DNA from: Octopus bimaculoides
Taxonomy: Eukaryota
Direction: 5' to 3'
Length of the DNA stretch: 64,000 nt
NCBI RefSeq assembly: GCF_001194135.2
Contig: NC_068989.1
Coordinates: forward strand, 48,733,139-48,797,138
Position 1 is the first letter of the stretch, and every line of letters begins with the position of its first letter. The position numbers were made by a program, and so were the translations under genes. Positions 24,290-36,117 of this stretch are shown here, one piece after another. Under the pieces are notes generated by a model. That model was not told where the DNA came from. It searched no databases and worked only from the letters and a program-made list of their open reading frames with translations.

Positions 24290-25329
24290 CGCACACAGAG
24301 AGAAAGAAAAATACAGCATGCATGCATGAATATCTAACCATCTAAACATATAGATTTTAGCTTGGTAGAATGATAAATACATATTTAATAAAATATTAAA
24401 TAGGTCAATAGATATATGGATGCAACATAGATAAGCAGTAGGACAGGCAGACACAGAGCTATGTAGAAGATAGAGAAAGAGAAGGAAAATAAGATATCTA
24501 CATTGCATGAATTAGTGACTGTTTATGCAAAATTAAGTTGAAGCAATGTAATGTGGAAACTAGAGGCATTTTGCTCAATATGACTTGTAGACTGTAATGG
24601 ACACTTCAGCTAAGTGGAGAAATATATAAAAATAGATTTCTTAAGTCCAAATCTGTTATGGCCAATGCAGGCTTTAACATACTTCACTTCAGCAGTAAGT
24701 CATACATTTTTTGGTTGGTGGCCAAACATAGTTTGTCCATGGCATTCCAAGCTAGACATTTTCATTTCAATTTGCTGTTAACGCTAATCTTGATGAATCC
24801 AATAAATCTCTTTTTGCCTTTTCTCTCCGCTAAACACTTCCATTACACGTCAGGATTCTCTATTTATGGATGAGAACTAAGCTCTCTGAATTTCAAACAA
24901 ATCCAGAAAACCTGATAAAATTCTCACTACCAATAAGTAAGACACGCTTGTAAAACATACTTTCAATGTAAGTGATTATTTGTTTTGTTATTAAAGAAAA
25001 TACACACATATATTATGCATACACATATAGACAAAAGGCAGGCATAGCTATTGAGTAGAGACGTTTGCTTGGCAGCTGTGTGGATACAGTTGGATTCCAT
25101 CGCATGGCACATTGATCAAATGGCCTGTGGTTGCCCAATGCGCTTTTAGTGGGATTTAGTAAATGAAAACTGTGTAGAAACTCATCGTAGGGACAGTTCT
25201 TACTCTTGGGTGGTAGATTTAATCTCTCACCCTGCTTTAACACATAAGCCTTGGTTGCAGTCCCTGGATTTCACTGTTGTAGGCATTCTGGCCATGCCTG
25301 AGAATTATTTTCTTTCTTCCTTTCACCAG

Positions 25330-25386
25330 TGACAGAGGATCTGAGAAAGGGTTATGTGTGTTGCATCTCTTCCACTATGTCATTAG
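25330..25386 (+). other. Weak candidate 57-nt exon
   Basis: Strong polypyrimidine acceptor (tttctttcttcctttcaccag), weak donor TAG|GTACAG, two open frames. Frame-compatible with 1387-1442, but no homology recognised. Confidence 0.15.
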
Positions 25387-25420
25387 GTACAGAAATATAT
25401 TAAGGCATATGTAAACGATA

Positions 25421-25676
25421 GTGGAGGTGCGTGGCTTAGTGGTTAGGGTATCAGCATCATGATCGTAAAATTGTGGTTTCGATTCCTGAACCAGACGAGG
25501 CGTTGTGTTCTTGAGCAAAACACTTCATTTCATGTTGCTCCAATCCACTCAGCTGGCAAAAATGAGTAACGCTGCGATGGACTGGCATCCTGTCCAGCTG
25601 GGGAACACATACACCATTAAAACCGGGAAACCAGGCCCATGAGCCTGGCTAGGCTTTAAAAGGACGCATTTATTTA
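25421..25676 (+). mobile_element. Family C tRNA-derived SINE with CORE-like and Meta/V-like segments
   Basis: tRNA-like head (gtggcttagtggttagg...gtttcgattcc), gtgttcttgagcaaaacactt, then gcgatggactggcatcctgtccag and aaaccggga. Domain names are from memory of SINE superfamily consensus motifs and are not verified. Confidence 0.7.
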
Positions 25677-25727
25677 TCTTATATGTAAACGATAATAATC
25701 AGATATTATTATCATTAATATTATGAA

Positions 25728-25946
25728 GGCAGAAAGCTGGCATGATCATTAGCATGCCAGACAAAATGCTTAGCAATATTTCATTTGTCTTCATGTTCTG
25801 AGTTCAAAATCTGCTCAGGTCGACTTTGTTTTTCATCCTTTTCGGCTTAGTGAAATAATTACCAGTCATGCAGTGATGGTGATGTATCAACTAATCCAAG
25901 CCCCGCAAATTTCTGGCCTTATGCCTAGAGAAGAAAGGATTATTAT
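25728..25946 (+). mobile_element. Family B SINE
   Basis: Full length, with (ATT)n flanks. Confidence 0.8.
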
Positions 25947-26585
25947 TATTATAATTATTACTAGCAGAAAGACTGCCCTCCAGGAAGTTTTCTGCTAGTT
26001 GCTGAATAATATTTACATCTAATTCCCAATTAGTGTAATATTTCTGAAATGGTACATCTAATTTTCCTTTCTATCCTTTATTCATCTAAGAGTACTCACT
26101 CACACAGTAAATATTTCTTTCATTATTTTGTTGCAGTCTTAATCTCTCCTTTATTTTAAACAAACTCAAACGTAGTTTATCTTTTATGTGGTCACTTATT
26201 ATGCTAGAAAAAGCAGGCAACACACAGGTATTTATTGTACAATGTATAGCATATCAAACAGCCATACCAACAAATTTACCTGCGATTATTTTTTTCAAAT
26301 TATGCTAGTGTAGCAATTTCAAATTAACTCTACTAACCCTTCTTTTGACCTCCCAGTAACTTGGTGTTGTCATCAGATCAAAGATGTGAAAGCATTGAAC
26401 CCCCTATGATTTCAAATTACCCCTTCAAATCCTGCCCCAAATGTTCATTGGCTTGATGGCAAATAATGTGTGTTTTCTGCATGTGAATTGTGTTAGGCAC
26501 ACATGTGTAAATTACTGAGAAAGAGTTTTGAGCATCCACTTTGTTGGTGAAAGTAGAAAATGTTGCATTTAAAGTCTATATACTT

Positions 26586-26905
26586 TTACCCTGCATGTGT
26601 AAGCATGGTATTGTAGTTGCTTGTCTTTGTGTGTTTGCAAAATTACTGGAAAATGACTGAATGGATTTTCATCAAATTTGGCAGAAATACTAATTGGGTG
26701 AGTAGCTCAAACTCATTAAATTTTGGTGGATGGGTGAATCAAAATGTTTCATTTTCTTTGTTGCAAATACACAAACGATAAGCAGGGAAGTAACTCTTGA
26801 TGTCATTTTGTTGAAATATGAATTCGTTCGAGAATATATTTATCAAATTAAATTTTATTTTATCCTTGTCTGTGGGCAGGGTATGCATTGCACCTCTGAT
26901 GCCTT
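26586..26905 (+). mobile_element. Helentron-associated (HINE/DINE-1-like) non-autonomous element
   Basis: Subterminal inverted repeats taccctgc (26587-26594) and gcagggta (26876-26883), a short 3' hairpin gcat..atgc, T-rich flanks, and internal gaatggattttcatcaaatttgg typical of HINEs. Confidence 0.6.
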
Positions 26906-29752
26906 ATTTTTTTCTGTGTATTATAATTGTGTGTGAATGTAATTTGTTATGTATATAAGTATATTTCGTTTGCATTTGAAGCATGTAGGTATTAATATAT
27001 TTTGTTTTGTGTATATACATATTTTGATCATTAGTTTGTTATTAAAAGAGGTTTTTAATAAAAAAAATTGCAAATGCAGAATCTCTGATGTTTGTTCTTT
27101 TAAAGGTATCATAAAAATGTTAAGGGATATTCTCGAAAAAAAAAAAAAACCTATTGGAAAACATACTGTTGCTTCTAACACATATGATTGTATAAATAAT
27201 TTATTATCTGTTGATATATATATAAGTTGTACATTTTAGTATTTAATAACCTTGTATAAACACACAACTACAAATGTACAAAGATGGGAAATGATTTTTT
27301 TTTTATTCCTGTTCATCATATAAACTATAACACAAACAGTGTAGATTTCAGCAAAAGAATTTACAATGACAAATATACACACAAAAAAGAGAGAGAGGTA
27401 GAAGAGAGTAAGACATTAAAACAACACTATCTTGCAGTTAGATTTTTCAAAACTGCTTGCAGCTAATTTAAATCTTTCCATAGAAAAGAAAACCTTAAAG
27501 ACCACATTTTGAAATTAAAGAAAAAAAATGAAAATTTTAATTTTTAAAGATTTTCTAAGCTATGGAGACTTTAATACTTTATTTTAACTAATTAATAAGC
27601 CTTCTCCATTTAGTATAAATTATTATTATCATTATCATTATTATTAGGGTGGTGAACTGGCAGAATTGTTAGTGTGCCAGACAAAATGCTTAGCAGTATT
27701 TCTTATAGTTTTACATTCTCACTGTTGTTTTTCATTCTTTTGGCTCAATGAAATAAATACCTTGTGCTAATAATAATAATAATTATTATTATTTCTATGA
27801 TATGATGTGAAAATGCATGGTATAGAGGTTAGGATTTAGGGTTTCCTAACGTAAGGTTGTGGGTTTGACTTCTTGAGCAAGGCACTTCATGTCATGTGAC
27901 TATCAGTCACATCTAGTGGCCACTCAAGGGTGGGAGGGCCAAGAGACTCTATGTTTGTTTACGATTACATAATCATCTAAAACAATTAGTGAGAGTATGA
28001 TGAATGCTATCAGATTCTATCTTTTACTTGTTTATGAGGGGGGGGGGGAGAATGCTTAAATAATTATCAATCATGCACTTAGGTTAATTTAATTGACAAA
28101 CTTGTAAGAGATAGTTTCTTAGATTTATAGTCAAGAATTGAAACTTTAACCTAGATTTTCTTAAGACTTTTTTGTTTTTGTTTTGGCATTAGTGCTCAGA
28201 AATTGATGAGGTCACTTAGTTACCCTTGTTTGAGTAAAATTCTATGGTCATTTTGAGGCTATGATAAATAATGCATATACACTCTTTTGTTCTCAAACAT
28301 ACATTGAGTTTTCTCCATAGGTATAAGTAGGAACTCTGAGAGAATATCAGCAATCAGTATATTTTTGTTTTCACATGCTATAGCAAGCAGCTTTTCCTAT
28401 TAGACACACTCCTAAGGATGCTCAAGCTTCATTTCTACTGTACCACTAAAATGCTGACTACTACTATAGTCTTGATTACTGACTGTACGTGTGAATAAAA
28501 ACTAAACAATAGTTTTCTCGTCCATGTTGATTATTATGCTGTCTCGCAGACTTTGAACATTTAATTGTAATATAACCCACTACATTTGGTTCTGTTACAA
28601 CCTCTTCAAAATTACAAACCTTGTGTCTAAATTAAAAACAGTCATGATGATGATAATGATGATAGCATATTGTGGCAAAAATGCCTTGTTAGATTTGTCT
28701 TCTTATTCACCAAATGAACCCACTCTTAATTTAGCCCAGATTGCTTTCAATTTTGGTGTATCAATGCAACTCTGAATTTTGATTACAATCAACTAATTAC
28801 TTTATCTCGTAAATTTAAGAATCTGATGTTATTTGGCATTAAAGTTGGGAAATTTGAGTAATCTTAGCCAATCAACAGATAGCATGGCATTAGCAGCTTT
28901 TTACCATGACAACCACATGCTGTGTTGTGGTTCACTGTTGTCTGTGCTGCTGTTGCCTATGTTGATTTTTCACACTTAATTCTTCACACCATGAGATTCT
29001 TTTCACCTGTGTGTTTTGTTTTAAACTTCCTGTGTTAGTATATTACATATTTTTTAATGCTTCTGTGTGTTAGTATTTTTCTGTGTTTTTTTCTGTGCCT
29101 TTTCTGTGTTACTATTTTTTACATATGTTTTATTTCATATATTTTTGAGACTCATTGACTCAGATAGCTGGATTTATGATTTCACTAGGTCAATTCTGTT
29201 CATAAAAATTTAAATTAGGAGTATTTCTTAAACTGTTAGCTTCACTTTTCAACAGCTTAACTCAAATTTAGCCCACGTAACAGGAACTGAGAGGGATATT
29301 GTGGAACAGATAATTTGATATTATTTTTGAATTCTGCATGCAAAAACATATAAGATACTGGTATTCATTTCCTTGGGACAAATTCTTTGTTGACCAGTGT
29401 TATTCTTATCGTAGTTTACAAATCCAAGCATGAAAACGTTACTCAACTTTGGAGTTTGATGACAGACGTCCCCTTCATACACACACAAACATGACTGCAT
29501 AAATGCATACATAAACTTATATATGAATACCTATATTCATGTATACATAATACTGAAATGCACATTAAGTAAACACATGCAGACATATATTAATATAACA
29601 AATTTTAAAAAAATAATAAAACCATACAATCAATGAAGATACAAAAGAAACAGTAAGATGATACATGTTGATTTTATTAGGTATTTCTGTTTATTTAGAA
29701 ACCTACAATGAACAGGTCAGATGCTAAACTCTAAATTTCACAGGGTACAACC

Positions 29753-30006
29753 TTAAAGTTGACACCACTCCACTAAATGTAAAAAATTTGTCTTGCTATA
29801 GGCTAAAAATATACAGTTTTTTCGATTTTTAAACTTCTGTAACGCTTTTCTCCAGTTTTTTTTTCTCCGCAACATCATACCTTCAAAGCAATGAGACTGG
29901 ATGGCTACATTATTATAGCTAATTTTCAGATTTTTTACTGTCTTTTAAAAATTGCAAATTTTGTGAATGAAAAAAACTACATCTTTAGATTTGGTCTCAG
30001 AGTTAA
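29753..30006. mobile_element. Possible degenerate TTAA-flanked (Kolobok-like) MITE
   Basis: Left TTAAagttgacaccac, right gatttggtctcagagTTAA. TIRs are imperfect. Confidence 0.3.
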
Positions 30007-30030
30007 AGATAAATTTGCTCTTCATTTCAT

Positions 30031-30404
30031 TATCTTTTACTTGTTTCAGTTTTCAGACTATTGCCATGCTGAAGCACTGCCTTCAAGAATTTTAGTTAAA
30101 TGAATTGACCCTCGAACTTTTTTTTTTTTTTTAAAACCAGGTACTTATTCTATTGGTCTCCTTTGCCAAGCCACTAAGTTACAAGGGTACAAAGGAGCCA
30201 ACACCAGTTGTCAAGCAATGGTGAGGGATAGACACAAAGACACACACACACACACATAGATATATGTATATATATAACAGGGTTCTTTGTTTCTATCCAC
30301 TAAATCCATTCACAATGCTTTGATTAGCCTAAAGGTGCCACACTGTGGGACTGAACCCAGAACCATGTGGTTGGGAAGCGAACTTCTTACTACACAACAA
30401 TGCT
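30031..30404 (-). mobile_element. Family A SINE, diverged
   Basis: Collinear with 7453-7852. Confidence 0.8.
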
Positions 30405-30897
30405 GGGACCTATACTCAATAATCTACTGTACTGATTCAGAAATTGATACTGATCCTTCATTAACTTCATCAGTCTTGTTTATGCTTGATTTTTCCCAAA
30501 TATTTTGGGCTAGATGGATCTTCTCAAGCACAGGTTCTCTCTAGTCTAGCATGGCATTTCAAATTTTTGTATATCCAGACATACATTATCCAATGTGTCC
30601 TTTTTTTTTCTCCCTTAAATATGGTATAATATGATTTGGATTCTCTTCTATAATACAAAGCTTAACCCACTGAATGGCTTTGAGGTCAGGTGGTTTCACA
30701 AGAGATACTAGACTCAATAGTTCAAGTTCTTATTACAGACAGTGTATTGGAACCTTATTCAAGGCACATACCGTTGCTTGGCTGTGTACCTACTTGATAA
30801 GTTCCATTTTTATTCGAGTAGTCAATGGCAAAGACATTCAATTCTAAAATCAATTGCTCTAACAACACAACGAAACAACAAAAACCATAATACTCAC

Positions 30898-30974
30898 ATT
30901 AGCATCGACAAAATTGATGTGAAATACCCCGAAAGGTGGGGATGGAAGCTTTCATTACTGAATGTCAATATGAC
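30898..30974 (-). other. Candidate 77-nt exon
   Basis: Acceptor ctacagcctttacctcag, donor AAT|GTGAGT. One open frame (VILTFSNESFHPHLSGYFTSILSML). Confidence 0.2.
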
Positions 30975-32292
30975 CTGAGGTAAAGGCTGTAGACTCAATA
31001 CAATTATCTAAGCATAGATTCACACACACACACACACACAGAGCTACAACAGAAAGAAAGGAAAAAAAAGAAAGTAATGCTGCTTACAATTTCTTCTATC
31101 AACTGACTACCATCTTACATATTCTTTATAGCTCCAAAGCTAGAATATAACCCGATCTAAGGCAGAAAGTATTATAGACAAATAATTGAGAACCGATCAT
31201 AAGTGGATGATGGCAGATAAATGGAACCATCCAACTAAGTTTTTCTCCCCCAAATTACCTTATTCGAAGCAATATTTTTGTTTCCTTTACGATTTTTTAA
31301 AACTTTTTCTTAGCATTTCTCATTATAAATCCCTAATGTGCTGTCAGACAGCTTAGAACATTACCTTTATGATTGCTCTTTCTATAGTAATGCCTTAATA
31401 TTTGTGTGCAACTTGAGATTATCCTTTAACACCTTTACAGCATTATTTTTAGTTTTCTTCCCTTTGCAACACCAACTGTACAACACACAAGAAAATTATG
31501 CAGCACTACCTTTTATAGTGAACTCATCAAAGTAAAAATGTGATATTGCAATTGTAATATGCATTGCATGTATATCATCAATAGTGAAATAAAATATCTG
31601 TTAATCTACCTATCTAAATATTTAGCTATTCTGTTTTATACCAAATTACTGAGGATTAATGTCTGCTTAAGAAGAAATGGAAAGAAAATTACAAAGAACA
31701 AGCAAAAATATTTTCAAATCTGGTTGGTGCTAGGCTTAATCAACAGAGCATTAGACAAAATATCTTGTAAAATCTGGTTATGTCCCTTCACATTCTGAAT
31801 TCAAATCTTCCTCAAGTCAGCCATTCTAAGGTTGATTGAATATGTACCAATCTAAGTACTGACTGTACCCTTAAAAGTGGTGCTTCTGCATGACTACAGT
31901 CTAAAGACTGAAAACCAGTGAAAGAACAGTAAGAGAACAGGATGTATTCTAAGGAAAGTTTATGATTAGAAATGAAAGACATGTTTTCTTCCATGAGTCT
32001 TAGTGCAAAGTCTTAGCTTGCCAACATGTACCCTCACCAACATGGTGATGGTTTGAGTGATGTTGGAAACTTACTCTGCATATAATTTTCAGGAAAATGT
32101 TCCATGTGACTTGACACTGAAACCGAGGTGACCCATCTAAACTAGACCTGGCCACTGCAGCGATATCCTGTTCCAATAAAGATAGGCAGAATACGGTATG
32201 TTACAGGTTACCTTCTACATTAAAACAAATGACTGCTGAATAACTGAAAGGTACTTGTTGATAAAAATTAAAAAATAGAAATCACAACTTAC

Positions 32293-32439
32293 CAATTTGG
32301 ATAAGAAAGCTGTACGTTGTACTTCTTCAAATGAACGGCATTCATTCCTGGGACTTCAAATTTCCAGATTGATCGAACATATAGGATTAGTCTATTTGTG
32401 CCACCAACCCCAGATAGAAAGATCTTGCTGGTAATATCC
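32293..32439 (-). other. Candidate 147-nt internal exon of an unidentified transcript
   Basis: Acceptor tatgtttatttttctcttcag, donor TTG|GTAAGT. Length is a multiple of 3 with one open frame (DITSKIFLSGVGGTNRLILYVRSIWKFEVPGMNAVHLKKYNVQLSYPN). GC and CpG content are above the flanks. Confidence 0.45.
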
Positions 32440-33374
32440 CTGAAGAGAAAAATAAACATACAAAAATAAATAAATGTATACAAATGTATGTGTATGTTTA
32501 ATGTGTAGATATTGGAGATATTTTTTATAAGTTTCATACAAGTCTATGGTTGAAAATATAGAATTGGTTAAGATTCTATGTGTGTGTGTGTGCATGTGCA
32601 CACATATGCTGTTGGCAATTTGTTGGAACAGTGTATATGCTGAGTTTGAAAGAAAGTCAAGACTGAAATTCAAGGCTCAGTTATTTATCACTGCATGCAT
32701 GTGTGTGTGTGTGTGTGTAACAATAAATAAATGTATGCATTTATCATTTGTAAATGCAGATGCTCTTACACATATTTTACAATATAATAAAAATAAGAGG
32801 AGAAACTGCCATTTCACCAATAATTTTTTTTTTCCTATTTCATTTGATGAAAATTCAAAGAACTAAAATAATAGCTACTTGCTGCAGTCTAGTTTAGTGC
32901 AAATTGCTTGAAGTTCAAAGAAAATTTTACTTTCAAAAATCTATGCTAAGTTTTTTGGCACATGAGTAGGTTTTCTTTTAGGTAATAACTCTCTTTTCTA
33001 TTTTCTCTTTTCTTTTATTTTTTCTCCAGCAAACTTGGTGTAATTTTGATTCATCTTCTAGCCTCTTGGGAATGGGAAGCTTAAGAGAAAAGATAAGCCT
33101 AAACTAGTAAGCAGAGAGATTTAATTACACTGAGATGAAAATTCAAAACTGTATTACGTAATGGTTTCAAATCAGAAAACACCAGTAATGCAGACATGAG
33201 AAGGATGATGAGGACTGAATAAAGAAGTGCTATAGACTGTTGGAAATTGATAGCTAATGAAAATGTGAGACAGGGGACAAACTTAGGATTGGTTAGATTA
33301 AATTAAAGGAAATATGAAAAAAATTGATGTATCATCTAATGAAGATAATGATAATGAAATAGCACTAAGTTTTT

Positions 33375-34945
33375 CTTATCATCATCATCATTTAACGTCT
33401 GTTTTCCATTCTGGCATGGGTTGGACGGTTTGACTGAGGTCTGGAGAGCTAGCGGCTGCACCAGGCTTCAATCTGATCTGGCAATGTTTCTACAGCTGGA
33501 TGCCAACCACTCTGAGAGTGTAGTGGGTGCTTTTTACATGCCACCAGCACAGGATCCAGTCAGGCAGGCCTAGAAACAATCATGTTCAGATGGTGCTTTT
33601 TACATGTCACTGGCACAGGAGCCAGTCTTGGGGGTACTGGCATCAGCCACATTTGGTTGGTGCTTTTTACATGCTACCAGCATGGGAGCCAGTCAGGGAC
33701 ACTGGCCCTGGCTATGATATTGGTTTTACTCGACTCAACAGGTCTTCTTAAGCATATCATATCACCCAACACATCAGGGGTATTCTTAGCAAGGCCGGAC
33801 ATGCGTGGCTGCGATCTTACTTTAGTTGCCAGGTCTTCTCAATCACAGCATATCTCCAAAAGTCCCGGTCTCCTGTCATTGTTTCTGTGAGGCCCAATGT
33901 TCGAAGGTCATGCTTCTCCACCTCATCCCATGTCTTCCTGGGTCTACCTCTTCTACAGGTTCCTTCTACAGTTAGGGAGTGGTACTTCCTCACACAGTTG
34001 TCTTCATTCATACGTAACACATGGCCATACCAGTGCAGTCGCCTCTCTTCCACACCACATTTGATGCTTCCTATGCCCAACTTTTCTCTCAGGGCGCTTT
34101 ACACTCTGTTGTGTATGCACACTGACATTACACATCCAGCAGATCATACTAGCTTCATTTATTTCAAGCCTACGCATGTCTTCAGCATTCATGGCCCATG
34201 TTTCCCTACTGTGTAGCATCGCAGTTCGCACACATGCACCATACAGTCTACCTTTCACCCTGAGCGAGAGGCCCTTAGTTGCCAGCAGAGGTAGGAGCTC
34301 CCTGCACTTTGCCCAAGCTATTTTTACCCTAGTCGTTACACTCTCAGAGCAAGTGCCCCCACTACAGACTTGGTTGCCTAGGTAGCAGAAGCTATTAACT
34401 ACTTCTAGTTTCTCCCCCTGGCATGTGATGGAATCTGTTTTCTGTTCATCTTCTGTATTTATTGCCCTAGTGCAGCTGCCACACACAAAAACTATTTTCC
34501 CAGTTAACCTTCCTTTGATATTGCTGCACCTTTTATGTGTCCATAGGTTACATCAGATATATCGTATGGAGTTGTTATCCATGCCTTTTCTACAGATCGA
34601 ACAGGGTCATCTACCTGAAGAGGGTTGTGATTTGACAGCCTTCCTACTTACTAAGGCTTTGGTTTTTGCTAGTTTAACCCTAAGGTCCTTCAATTCTAGA
34701 CCTTGCTTCCACACCCTAAACTTTGTCCCCAATTCTGGCAGTGACTCAGCTATTAGAGCAAGGTCATCAGCATAGAGGAGCTCCTAGGGGCAGCCTGTCT
34801 TGAATTCCACTATTATTGCCTGGAGGACTATAATGAATAAGAGGAGGCTGAGGATTGATCCTTGATGAACCCCTACTTCTACTTGGAATTCTTCACTATA
34901 CTCGTTGCCAACCCTCGCCTTACTGACAGCATCCCTGTAATGAAA
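33375..34945 (-). mobile_element. 5'-truncated RTE-clade LINE: RT C-terminal half, 3' UTR with subrepeats, (GAT)n tail
   Basis: EEFQVEVGVHQGSILSLLLFIIVLQ...GCP*ELLYADDL...LEVVNSFCYLG...KGRLYGACVRTAMLH..ETW...RRLHWYGHVLRM...RRGRPRKTW. Several stops and frameshifts. Confidence 0.9.
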
Positions 34946-35761
34946 TCCGATTTCAGCTGAATGGGAGGGAAAGTAAGAAGTTGTGATATTCATGCTTTCA
35001 TAAAGTAAATTGGTTACAAATGAGAATTAGTAATTGCATCACACAGTTGGTTTGCAGTAAACTTACTGCAATATGAAAGCATCCAACACAAATATGTTAA
35101 TAATGATATTATCATCAGCCTGGGCTACAGTAGAAGACACTTGCCTAAAGTGCCACACAGTGGGACTGAGCCCCAAAACCTGAAATCATGTGGTTGGGAA
35201 GCAAGCGTCTTAACTACATAGCAATACTTTCATACACATACATACATACATAGACACACACTTATATATATATAACTGTATACCCACACAGAATATTTAT
35301 TAATATTGGCTATTTTCTTTGAAGTTTTACCAATACTGGCTTTTCAAAACACTGCTAAGCTGAAAATTTCCTTATATACAGTAGTAATATATGTAGTCAG
35401 TTGATATAGTAAGCAAAACCACAAAAGTGGTGTGGGCAGGAAGGAGAAGTCAGTGATGTAGTGGGTTTGTATATTTTACACAGAATGAAAGGAAGCTTTT
35501 CCATTCATAGAAGATCTACAGTGAAATGATGGATTGCTGTTAATAAGAAACATGAACCCTAAATCTAGATACACATTCCAGAAAGATCTCTGCCATTTCT
35601 CCCAACAATAAGGATTCAACATCACAGTAGAACAGTGAAGAAAATGAGTGAACTTTTTAGATATATATCATTGCACTTAGCTGATACCATAATTAGTATT
35701 GAGTCTTTTATTCAGTGCAAAGTGTACATAACTGCACAAATATATAAAAAACAAGCAAAAT

Positions 35762-36117
35762 ATTCTTTTATATTTTACTTGTTTCAATCATTAAACTGTG
35801 GCCATACTGGGGCACCACCTTGATGGGTTTACTTGAACAAATTAACCCCAGCATTTATTATTTCTTTTTAAAGTTTAATACATATTCTATTAGTCTCTTT
35901 TTACCAAACTGCTAAGTTATAGATGTAAACAAACCAATACCAGTTGTGAAGTTTTGGTGGTGAACAAACATAACACACACACACACACACACACAGCTTC
36001 CATCTATCAAACCCATCCACAAGGCTTTAGTCAGTCTAAAGCTACAAGGTGCCAGGCGGTGGGACTGAATCCAGAACCATGTGGTCGGAAAGCAAACTTC
36101 TTACCACACAGCCATGC
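35762..36117 (-). mobile_element. Family A SINE, diverged
   Basis: Collinear with the other family A copies. Confidence 0.8.

Noticed and set aside
25421-25497. tRNA gene
   Set aside because: It is the tRNA-derived head of a SINE. It has no closing acceptor stem and continues into SINE core sequence.
28866-28913. CCAAT box plus X-box-like tttaccatgacaac
   Set aside because: Short degenerate motifs are expected by chance in 64 kb, and there is no adjacent exon or CpG-rich promoter.
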